A stretch of DNA of 64,000 nucleotides from positions 1 to 64,000 of the forward strand of contig NW_019217939.1 of NCBI RefSeq assembly GCF_002571385.2, given 5' to 3'. Positions 24,421 through 36,400 of this stretch are shown one piece after another. The notes under the pieces are model-generated. The model was not told where the DNA came from, ran no database searches, and was given only the letters and a program-made list of their open reading frames with translations. Made by a program: the position numbers and the translations under genes. Numbering within the stretch: the stretch's first letter is position 1; the number at the start of each line of letters is the position of its first letter. Source of the stretch: Stylophora pistillata. Lineage: Eukaryota.

Positions 24421-27400
24421 AATAAAGACAATAATAAAAAGACATCTATTTACAAAAGTGGAGTACGAACTCTAAGTAATATATAATCATAGCCCCTGCT
24501 GCGTAATTGCCTAGTACGTCTCGGCGGTAAAAGATCGTCAAGTGCAGTGATATTTGAAGTGATCTTGATCCATAGTTTGCTATCTCTGGTGGCTAAAATA
24601 TCACAAATACTATATTTCTTCAAACAATATCCATATATCATAATAAAAGCAACCCCACACCTCGATAGCGTATGTGAAGACTGAAATAATTAGGCTTTTA
24701 CAATCATTTTTTCAAAATGATTGTAATCGTATTTAGCTAACAAAGCATAGGCAAGAAGCTGTAAATATATCACAAATTTTCTTACTTGTAGCTGTTCGAT
24801 TTGTGCCCTAAGTTCTTGAAAACTTCCATCATTTGTTCTTTCCAATATCCCTTCTGTATTACCCAGGATGTTCTTGATATACTCAATAGAAGCTTCATAC
24901 TCTTTACATGCCTGTACAGAACTTTCCAGCCAAACTTCATACTCGTCAACTTTGGTGGTCAGTTCGGACCATCTCTCTTGAACTGTTTCAATAGTTTCTT
25001 GTAATTCATCCTGGTCGAAAGCGGTATCTCCACGCATGCGTTCTACCGCTGTTACAACGTTCTGCACGGCCTCTTGTTGTGTTACTAGGAACCCTTTCAT
25101 TGCCTTGGTAACAAGGAAAATGAAAACGTAATTAATCCCAGCACCTGTTCAGAACTTGCACATAACTCATTTCGGATGCCTCAGTTTTGTATCTTATTGG
25201 CTTTAAGTATGGAATGAGTATGCTGGATCAATCACAGAGCAAAGTGAAGCAAAATCAATACAATACCGGATTTTTTTCAACTACCAATTTCAAATTGCTT
25301 TGAAATGACTTATGCACTTGCCCAGGAAAACTTGACCACCATTCAATTAATTTTTCTTATCTTGTCAAGTTATCTGCGGAAGAAAATGCCGACGAGGTCT
25401 CCTATCCTTAAAATCTGGAATTTCTTATAAAGAAACCAAGCGACTGTGATTTTAATTCAAGGGGAATGGTTGCGTACGAGCAGACGGTTTCCTTTCAACT
25501 TCACGCTCAAGCCAACACTAAGGAGTTCCTGCTTACTGCGTTTCCTTAATCAATCAGCAAGAACACAGGACTATTGATCTAGATAACTTACCATCCGAAG
25601 CATGGAAAAACGTCTGCAAGAAACATTGGCAGTATTAACACACGACTGTAGTTACCCACCTTCACATCTTCCAAAGCGATCTCGAATTCCCTCTGAGTCA
25701 CAATCCTCTGGTACTTTCCCAGCGTCTCTTCTCTTTGTTCAAACCATTCATTGATATTTTTTAGCTCCGTGTAAAGTTTCTGGAAGTCCACCCAGCTGTT
25801 GAGCGCGTGCTGAAGCTGTTCCTCTCTTTCCGACAAAACCGCCATGAGTTGTGTTTTCTGTGTGTTGAGCCGCCGCACTCCCCCTGAGACATTCCTCACA
25901 GACGCGTTTCTCCTCTCGTTTAGTGACTGGTCCACCCTCTTGTTAAGTGATTCGAGAATTTCCCGTTTGGTGTCGAACTCTTTTTTGATTGTCTGCATTT
26001 TACAGAAATCAAAATCAGTGTCATTTCTACTTCTTAATCCACAAAACGTTACTGATAATGATACATAGCTGCCGTAGCAAACGATTTTCAAAACAAAATT
26101 CACGAAATACAACGGAAATGAAAGTACTTCTCAGGCCATATTTTTTGTAAAACAAATAATTTTGTCTCTGATGTCTCAAGATCTCCTTCTGTATTGCTTT
26201 GTAAACGTTTAAGAACAAGACTGCTTAATGTATTCGAATGAAATAACCCATACACGCAACCCATAAGAGGTCTAATGATACTCACCCTATATTTCCCAAA
26301 CTGTTCTTTAGCATCTTCAAATGTAGCACTGCTGAGAACCAAAATTGGCTTGTCGACTGTGTCCAGGGCGCTTTTAAACCATGCTTCCAATTGCTCCACA
26401 TCGTCTTGGCACTCTACGAGCATCAGATTGGTTTGTGCTCCTTGAAGCTCACTTTCACGGTCCTCAAGTAAGGCACACAATTCCGACCAGTTCTCGTCCA
26501 GTCGGGACTGACTTTCTATCAAATCTTCCGCATGTCCACGAGTCGATTCTTCCAACTGCGACGCAATTTCATCCAAGTTGTCTTTGATGGACTGCTGACG
26601 CTACACTTCACTTTGATAATGCTGAATAAAAAGAAATAAAACAATTAAATGACTACTTACGTAAGCCACATTTAAGCTAGAAAGGTCCCTCGTTGAGAAA
26701 CTAGTTTTGAACAAAGGGACAATTTTTAAAACAATTTTCTAAACAATTTCTAAACAATTTTCAAGTATATATCTATATAACCTGACGCTAAATTCTCCTC
26801 TATTTCATGTCAAGGAATACACTCTCGCTTAAGTGCAGAATAAATAGCCTGTGTCAGTGATTATAACTCACTTTGGTTGTGCCCGTCATCATAAGATAGG
26901 ATAAGAAAATTTGGTTTTGTTTATACGACATTTGCTCAATATATTTTTACAACAAATGTAAAAAAACTGAGCTTCTTTGGGAGGTTACTACAAAGAAATA
27001 ACTTACCCTCACTTGTTCCAGTTGCCCCTCGATCATATCCAAACTGTCGTCGCAGATCTCATCGTTCCTCATCAGACTAAGTATGGACATAAGCCAGTCG
27101 ACCAGTTCATCAACACCAGTCTGATATTCCCGCCAAAGCTGCAGGAGCCGTTCCATGCGTTGACGCTCGCCACGGGTTTCTTGACGTAGGGCGCGCCATC
27201 TCTCTCGGAATTGAGTAAGAGAAGTCTGGACATCTGCATTGCCTACAAAAGAAATTAAATCAAAGTAGGTTAAATCCTCCTGCAAGACCATACACTATAA
27301 GGATATCAAAGAGAAGAATTCTAAAAGAGCAGTGACAGCGCAAACATGAGAAATCTCGCCTCCAACTTTTATGGCCGGTGTCACATCTGTGTTCAGTTTC

Positions 27401-30400
27401 TTGTTAGTTTTTTGCTTTCTCAGAGTTTTTTCATTTCTTTCTATAACCCAAACTAGGATTCCAATTCGACATGAAATCAGTGGTCAAAGAGTTGCGTTGG
27501 GGATGTGCTACTTCTGAAATCCATTTTTTACCATAATTTCTTATTTCTTACTGCTATTTTACTAATAATTGGCTGATATCACACGGTTTACCTGACTGTC
27601 AAATATTTCTCCCAACCACTGCCATTTCAGTATAAATGATGCGTTTAAAAAGAGATCAAATTTACCCTCTATTAGCGATAGTTTATTGACTATTCCCCTT
27701 ACCTGTTGCAGTGAGAACCTGTTCCGCCTCATACACCAAACCATCTTTGCTCGGCTGTCGCTCCGTAAGTTTTCGGTCTAGTTCACGATACTTCATCATT
27801 TTGATCAAAACAGCATCAATATGATCTTCACGCATTTCCCTTGCAAGAGCGAATGATTTTCGAGTTAAGTTGTCCAACCACGAATTGAACTTTCTCAAAG
27901 ATTCATCAAAAGAATGCCACTGGATTAATACCGACTTTAGCCACTCGGCGTTCTCCTCGCAAACTTCGCACATGCTATCGGCAATTTTCGCCACATCTTC
28001 GTACTTAGGACCGACGACATCAGCATCCACGCGTTCTCCGCCTTGCGTCGCATAGTGTCGCATCATATCCACTCTCGACTTTTGGCTCTGAATGCTTCGG
28101 GAAAAGCCCTGGAAAATACACAAATCGCAAGTAAAGTTATTCAGATTTAATTTAGTTTGAGTACCCTAACAAGTCAGTCATAAGCAGATAAACTAAAAAA
28201 GGAACGATTACCATTTTCAGCCACCATATAATGCTCATTTCTCTGTAGTACTCTTTTACGGTGCTCTTTAATTTCAATTAAAACTCCCTCTAAAATAGAC
28301 TGTAGGGAAATGACGCCCCCATGATACGCTTTCGTCACACTGGCAAACAAGAGACACTGAGGCTCATATCTTTTGAGAAAGAAGAAGCATGAATGTTTTA
28401 CAGTCGTTTTGGTCTCGTAGTCTCATATACTAACAATTGCAAAGCGAGAGCGATGAAATTTTTAACTATTGTTCTTGTTGTCCCAGTGTGTGTTGTGTCT
28501 TCAAACCAGGATGCCTATCATGGTTTATTTGGTATTAAATATTTGCACTAAGATTAAACAACTACTTCTTTCTCTACGTTTGAGTACCTGGAACTGCTTC
28601 AGTCTTTCCCTCAGAGCTTCCATTGTAGGCGGCAAACTCTCATTATCAACCAGATCATGAAATGCTTTCTCTTGACCAGTTAACCACACGGAGAATTCCT
28701 GTAATTCTTCTTCGTACTGTTTCTTTTTTGTCCTTGGAGACTTCTTTTCCACGCTCGGGGGCGTCTTTATTTCCCGGGCGGGAGAGGTAGACTTGCTCCG
28801 CGGGGTATCTTTAGCCTCCGGCGTTTGTATCTCCCTAGGTGGTGAAGCCAAAACTACTTCCTCCTTCTCAGGAACGATGGTTTCCTGTAGAGGTTGTCTT
28901 GCAGGAGTCTTCACCTCAGAAACTAACAAACCTAAAGCCTTTAATTTCCTTTCTCGATTTTGCAGAATGGTGCGTATTCTACCCCAGCGTTTATTCAGGT
29001 CAGCAAGACGTGCCTTCTTGTGAGGACTGGCGCCTCTAGAGGATTCTTTGTATAAGAAATCATGAAGGGACTCATGGATTACCGCATGACTCTGCAAGAA
29101 CTGTGAAAATAAGAATAAAAGAAATAATTTAATCTGACTATGGCAGCAGCTACAACTGTAAGGGTCAAAAACGTCTACTTTACTCTAATAGTAAACGAAG
29201 TAAACCTTCTAAATATAATAGTTTCAGGAACATAAAAATCACTTTATAATTACTTTCAAAATGCAAAGAAAGAAGAGTATCCCTTGATTAAAAGTTTTTT
29301 CCAAGCCCTGAAAATTCGTCATTACATAGACAACATCGAGGATTTTCGTGGGTTTATAGTCATTTTTTTGTTTGAAAAATATAATTTTTTCTTTCCTTTA
29401 AAAAGTAATATTTTTCTCCAAAGTCAAAATGTAACCGTAATATGCACCGCAAACAAACAGTGACCACGACCAAATGCAAACGTAAAATAACACTTCCATG
29501 GGTCAGGCTTTAGCGAGTTTTTGAAATTCTAGAATGTGTTTTGACGAAGATGGAATTTTACATGACATTTGATTTGCTCTCCATCATTTACTCTCGGAAA
29601 AATTTTCTGTGTAGAAAAATAAAAATTTATCTTGCTAGGACATTCAGCAAAGAAGAAACGAATACACTCATGTAGTTCATAGCGACAAAACAATTGCCGC
29701 ATTTCAACTTTGCACTTTGTTACCTCGAAATAAAGCAACTCTAAATCTTTCTCATCCTCGTTAAAAGGCCCCAAATGTTTTACAAAGTCTTCAATTTCAC
29801 CCAAAAGCTGTGACCATTCCTGGAGCTTCGCTTCAAAATCTCTTCTATTCAGCAACGCTGATTCAACTTTGACCATCGTTTCCACTGCTGACCGCAGGTG
29901 TTGTTGTTTGGACAGGACTAGCTTGACAACGCCTCTCATTAAACTATTAAGGTCCGAGACTTGCTGCTGGAGATTTTCGTCTTCTGGTGTAGATGAAGAT
30001 AATCGACGTGAGACACCATCCAACTTGTTCTTTAATCTCGTAAGGTTCTGTATGAGTTCCTTTATGATGAACAAGAAAAATACATACACATCAGTATTCG
30101 CAAAACTGTTTGAGGAAACAGGAGGTAAGGAATGAACACACGTGGATTTCTCCATTAATAACCACTCATTTCTNNNNNNNNNNNNNNNNNNNNNNNNNNN
30201 NNNNNNNNNNNNNNNNNNNNNNNNNNNNNNNNNNNNNNNNNNNNNNNNNNNNNNNNNNNNNNNNNNNNNNNNNNNNNNNNNNNNNNNNNNNNNNNNNNNN
30301 NNNNNNNNNNNNNNNNNNNNNNNNNNNNNNNNNNNNNNNNNNNNNNNNNNNNNNNNNNNNNNNNNNNNNNNNNNNNNNNNNNNNNNNNNNNNNNNNNNNN

Positions 30401-33400
30401 NNNNNNNNNNNNNNNNNNNNNNNNNNNNNNNNNNNNNNNNNNNNNNNNNNNNNNNNNNNNNNNNNNNNNNNNNNNNNNNNNNNNNNNNNNNNNNNNNNNN
30501 NNNNNNNNNNNNNNNNNNNNNNNNNNNNNNNNNNNNNNNNNNNNNNNNNNNNNNNNNNNNNNNNNNNNNNNNNNNNNNNNNNNNNNNNNNNNNNNNNNNN
30601 NNNNNNNNNNNNNNNNNNNNNNNNNNNNNNNNNNNNNNNNNNNNNNNNNNNNNNNNNNNNNNNNNNNNNNNNNNNNNNNNNNNNNNNNNNNNNNNNNNNN
30701 NNNNNNNNNNNNNNNNNNNNNNNNNNNNNNNNNNNNNNNNNNNNNNNNNNNNNNNNNNNNNNNNNNNNNNNNNNNNNNNNNNNNNNNNNNNNNNNNNNNN
30801 NNNNNNNNNNNNNNNNNNNNNNNNNNNNNNNNNNNNNNNNNNNNNNNNNNNNNNNNNNNNNNNNNNNNNNNNNNNNNNNNNNNNNNNNNNNNNNNNNNNN
30901 NNNNNNNNNNNNNNNNNNNNNNNNNNNNNNNNNNNNNNNNNNNNNNNNNNNNNNNNNNNNNNNNNNNNNNNNNNNNNNNNNNNNNNNNNNNNNNNNNNNN
31001 NNNNNNNNNNNNNNNNNNNNNNNNNNNNNNNNNNNNNNNNNNNNNNNNNNNNNNNNNNNNNNNNNNNNNNNNNNNNNNNNNNNNNNNNNNNNNNNNNNNN
31101 NNNNNNNNNNNNNNNNNNNNNNNNNNNNNNTATGAGACCAATACGTCTCTCCAAACAATGTTACTACATTGCTACGCAAACAAACTAGGACGATACAAAG
31201 TTGATTTACACCGACCTGTAATCTTGTCAGCTGATCCTGGTGCCTCGTCAAGTCACCTTCCAATACCAATTCGGATACAGCACTTTCCTCCACGGAAGCC
31301 AATTCCTCAAACAATTCATGAAGTTCAATTTGATTACTTAGTTCCTGATCGTAAAACTCTTCAACCGTCTTTGCTTCGAGAGCATCAGCCCGTCTACTTA
31401 CGCAATCTTCATCACAGCAGTCGACCGTCAGATAAAGCGACCTCAAAAATGAGAAGTTTTCCGTGAACGCGGTGACTTCTTGCTGTCGAGTGCTCTCCAA
31501 GTTCTGCGTTTGTTCTTGGACGCAGCGCTCTAGAACTTCTTGCTTCGACGACGCTCGCATTTGAACCTCTTTCCAAAGAGCGTTGACCTCTCGAAGCCGC
31601 TCTTCAAGAATGATATTCATACTGGCACTGTCATGAAGGAAACCGTGAGACAATACGTTCATTTGATCAACACGATCTTGTTGCTTCGACATCAGAACAC
31701 ACAGAGCCTATAAAAAAAGAAAAAAACAAAACAAACAAAAAAGCAAAGCATCAAGATATTTGTTATTTCGTTTATATACCTGTTCTTTGAAAAACGGCAG
31801 GGCTGAAATAAATAAAAGCACAGATGGTCTCTGTTCCATCGCAGTAACCGCAGAATGTTTCTACACCGTTCACCCTAACAATTAATAGGAGTTCCACCAA
31901 TTGGCAGCAAAATTGCCTCAGAGGAAAAAATCATGGCAGTTATTTGCAGCGATGGACAAAAAATGGAATTCAGGCCGTTAAACACATAAGTGAAGAAAAG
32001 ACTTCAACAAACAGGACTGCAAATTCGTCAATGTGTGAAGTTCACATCCTTTGAAGAAATCTGTTGTATCAATCACAAGCCCTGAGAGGTACTAATATTC
32101 CAAACGCACTAATAAACTTAGGATTAATCTTCAATGAGACTTGAGCTTACCACGTGTTTAGCCAACTCATCTTTTACACTGTCCTCATCCTCCAAGTCAG
32201 TGGTAAGCAATTCCTCAATGGAGTGCAACTTTTCCAACAACTTTTCAACCTCCACAAGAAATGCGTCCAAAGACATGTTTTCATGCAAAAGATTTTCCGA
32301 CTCATCAAGATCCTTTAACGGGGAGCTTCTATCAATAAGGTCTAAGGGTCGAGAGGAGAACAGCTCATAATCAGCGTCTCTAACCGAGTTCTCAGCAAAT
32401 CGGAGCCTTTCAGCCTCCTCCGCCTTGCGCCTCTCTGATAAAATGGAGGCGATTTTGTCGTGTGGTTTTTCCTCCTCAGTGTTTGTAGCGTTGTCCTCTG
32501 CGGTATTCCCTTTGATATTCAGTAGTTTGTCGAGTTCACCCATTTCTTCGTTTGGCCCTAAACTCACAAAGCTTGGTTCCATATCGGATTTAGCGCCCGG
32601 GTCACGTGGCTTCGGTGGAGTTATGTCCTCAGTCGAATTAAGATTTTGGGAGTCCACAAGTTGATCTCTATCTAAAGAGCTATCTCCGTTCATTTTCTCC
32701 TCAATCAGCGGGGGCACCCAGGTTTCAGTAACATTAGCAAACACCTCAGTAGAATCAGCTGTTCTTTCTAACAGACCTGGCGTCGTATGTACTTCATCTG
32801 CGGTTGTCACAACAAACTCACTTGGTGTACTATGTCGCAGAACGTCCTCGCCAAGTTCAGCGACGTCGGAAATGTCCAGATCATCTTTCAGTTGACTACC
32901 TCTCGGTGTGAGTGCTATTTCTGAAATGTCATTCGCATGTCTGCCAGAATTTTCACCACTTTGTGAAAGATCAACAGTTCCATCCGTGAGTGAAGTGTCC
33001 GAATTACTTTCCTTGTTTGTAACATTATCACTTTTTGGAAGGTCTCCTTCAAACTCTTCATCGTCCATGCGGTTACGCTCAGGTGATTTGTCCGTATCAT
33101 CAACATCTTCCTCAGGGCGATTTCCACAATAGACATCAAAATCGTCAAAGAAGAATTCACCCGCCTGATCACCAAACCCTTCATTACCCAAATTTTCCTC
33201 CGTTGCGTTCTCGGCAAATTGTACCTCCGCGGGAGTCCCATCCTCGTCTGTTACAGTCACGATGGGCACGCTAACTTCGGATCTCCGTGAATCAGCACGT
33301 GAACTTTCGTCATCACTCTGTGTGTTAAAGCCGTTTTCCAAACCGACAGGGTCAGAAGAAGCTGTGATCTCCTCGTTTGATTCCCCGCTCTTACTCAATC

Positions 33401-36400
33401 GTATTCGCTGATACTCGTCCGGTGAAACAGAGATCCCGCCTTCAAGAAGTTCATTGTCGCCCAAATCGTCGTTTCCAAGGCAATACCGTGAAACGCCATT
33501 TTCTTGCACTCCATCTTCGTTCGAAGCGCGTCCATTTTCTTTGCGTAGAGGGCCTTCAAAGGATTCCATCGATGAGACGCCGCTTTCTGAGTCTCCCAAA
33601 TCAGAATCTCCATTTTCTGCCATATCATGCGCATCCATCGGACCATCGAGAGATGACGCTCCCTCACTCCCTCTGGGCGCCGCGTTACAAGGCTGGAACA
33701 CCGGCACAACAGGGATCTCTCCAAGAGCATCAATGGCTTGTTGTAATCTTTCCAGCTTTTCTTTCACGGCGTCTTTTTCCATATCGGTAATTTCCGAGAG
33801 TAATGCTTGGCCATGCTCATGTATATTTCTTGCCATACTTTGAAGGAATTCAACTTCTGAATGAAGATCCTTAAAATAAAATGAAACAGGAATATAGCGT
33901 TAGAATCTTCAAATTACTCCGTAAGTAAAATATTTTACAATAAAAAGAATAAAATAGGTTTGTTTATTACTCACTGCTAGTAGTGAAACGAACCTCACAT
34001 TAAACTCGATAAATCAGAGAACGATTTTAAAAAAGCGCGCGAACTTGGAACTTGAGGACAAATTGAATTTTCCTAGCCTTTAATTAAATTTCAATCCTCC
34101 ATAAGCAAATTGAAAATTTGAAGAAATGTAAACCGAGTGGTGCTAATTCATGACACAGGGACGTGAAAAAATACCTTACCGTAATTTTCAAACATATTCG
34201 CCTAACATCTACAACTGTAAATTAACTTAGGACTCCTTAGACGTTCTACCTTTAATTATTTTGTGATATTTACCTTTGCGTAATGCCCCTTATTTGCCTT
34301 TGGTTTTATAGACGACGCTCAATTTCCTTTCCTTTTCGGGACATAATATAAAATCCCAAACAGGACACAAAAAATAAAGGTATAAAAAGCGGTCAAAACT
34401 CAACGCATCTAAGGCTGCAAGCAACTGCGGTATTAAAAAAGATGTGCTCAAAGCTCTTATTTACTGAAGATCGGGAAAAAGAATTATCGAGACAACAATT
34501 ACACTTGATAAGGAGGACACTACACGAGCATATTGAGCGCAATTTTTTTTTCAACGAAGAGGAAAAAAAAATTGAAAACAAAAAAGAGATTAATTCCATT
34601 TGAGCTCCTAGCGATTTACATGGAAACAAATGCAGTATTTGCCTATAATAATAGACAAATCTTCGCCTTTATTGCAGAAAAAAGTATTGTGTTGCTACTC
34701 GGAGTTCTCAAAGGCTGAAAGCGTGACAAAGCATTTAAATTCGCTTCAATGAAGCGTGTCAGGCAAGTTGTTATTCGTGGTCATTACTATGAAAATAACA
34801 AAAAGATAATAAAGGAAATAACGCTTTGGTCGGGAGAACAACTGTTGTTCATGACGCAAACGCGAGAAGTGAGTACGTAAATGTTTTGAGTTCTCTGATT
34901 TCAACTCTTATGACAGCAATCTCACAGCACGGTCTCATGATTAATCAATTCGTCTTCAGTAACTTACAACTTTACCGTATTGAGCCTGTAGCGCCCTTTC
35001 TATCGCTATAAATAGTTTGAATTGCGAAACAAGTATACATCTTAACATAAGTAATGGCTGTTTCCAAAATAATCTATTTCTGTTGATGTCTACAGCTGTC
35101 AAGCATATCATAAAAATCGACCTTTCATATAATTTCACAAAATTATTCGCAGCTGCCTCTATCTGCATATTTCGGATCAATTTACAGCAAACACGGTTTG
35201 TCGTGTGATAAATAATGACTTGAAAAATATCGAAACAAAAACTTAAACCTGTGGTTTACTCTTAGTGTACCTACCTGTAACTTATTATTCCCTTCGTTGT
35301 GTGATTCCAAATTCTCGATTTCCTGCAACTTGCTTTTAAACTGGTCGATTCTTTCGTAACACAATCTCAGTGACTCTTCAAAATCTACAACTCCGTAGTG
35401 AGTTCTCTCGCCTATTCTCTGTCCTCTGTCGTTTACCAGATTCTGGATACGATCCAATCGATCCGATATATCATCCATCTGCTTTTGAAGCACCTCTCGT
35501 TCGGACTGATCGCTAAGCTGGCAAACCAAACGGTCGCCTTGGCTGCGAATACTCTCGAAGTCACCCTGTCGCACATCCAATTCATGGCTAAACGCCTGAA
35601 AATAAAAATAGTGCAAGTACAAATCTGAACTATTGCTCTCCATGAGATTTCTCAGTCAGCTACTCTCGCCTTCATCGTCCGCGTTTTCTTGTCCTAAGCA
35701 ATCTGCACTATCTCATTACATGGTATTCCATCGTGTTTAAAGCTCGGCTGCCACTGTGGTTAGTAATCGACCAAAAATTGATATCGCCGTTTCAAAAGCA
35801 ATAAACTACGATGAGCCATAACAGATTTTGTCTTGCAGCAGTCTTAAGTCGATTCTCCTGCTAAGTAACCATATTTTCGGCGGCAAAAAAGTTAAAATGC
35901 CTGTTGTACAACCAGAAAAACATGGCTAACGCTCATGCGCATACATTAACCAACGTGTTAATTAATTCAAGCTTTGCGATTCTCGTTGGCAACGTGGCGT
36001 GCCAAAAGTACATTAAAATATAACATAGAAGAGATATTATCACAAGTCAAAACCCATTAATGAATTTAGGAAAATCGACAACTTACTACACTTTTAACAT
36101 CAAACTTACCTAAAGAGGCGTTTAGATGCCGACTGTGTCTCAATTTGCGCTTTCAATGAATTTAATATTAAATTGTCTGATCTTCCACTGGGTGCGATTC
36201 ACAAACTGCGTGACTTCAATTTTAATCAATTCAATCGTTGTCCAGATATCACCCAATACTGGCGTGTTCAAGCTATATTTCCAGTGTTCGCATTTCAAAA
36301 AAAAAATATCACCAAAACGACCTTGAAACGTGAAATGAACTATCCAAATTCATAAAAAAGTATATTTTAAAGCTGCGGCAAACGGTGACAAAAGATTTAT

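Noticed and set aside
29529-31692. Long ORFs of 328-541 aa spanning 30.1-31.1 kb
   Set aside because: Artefacts of translating through the N gap
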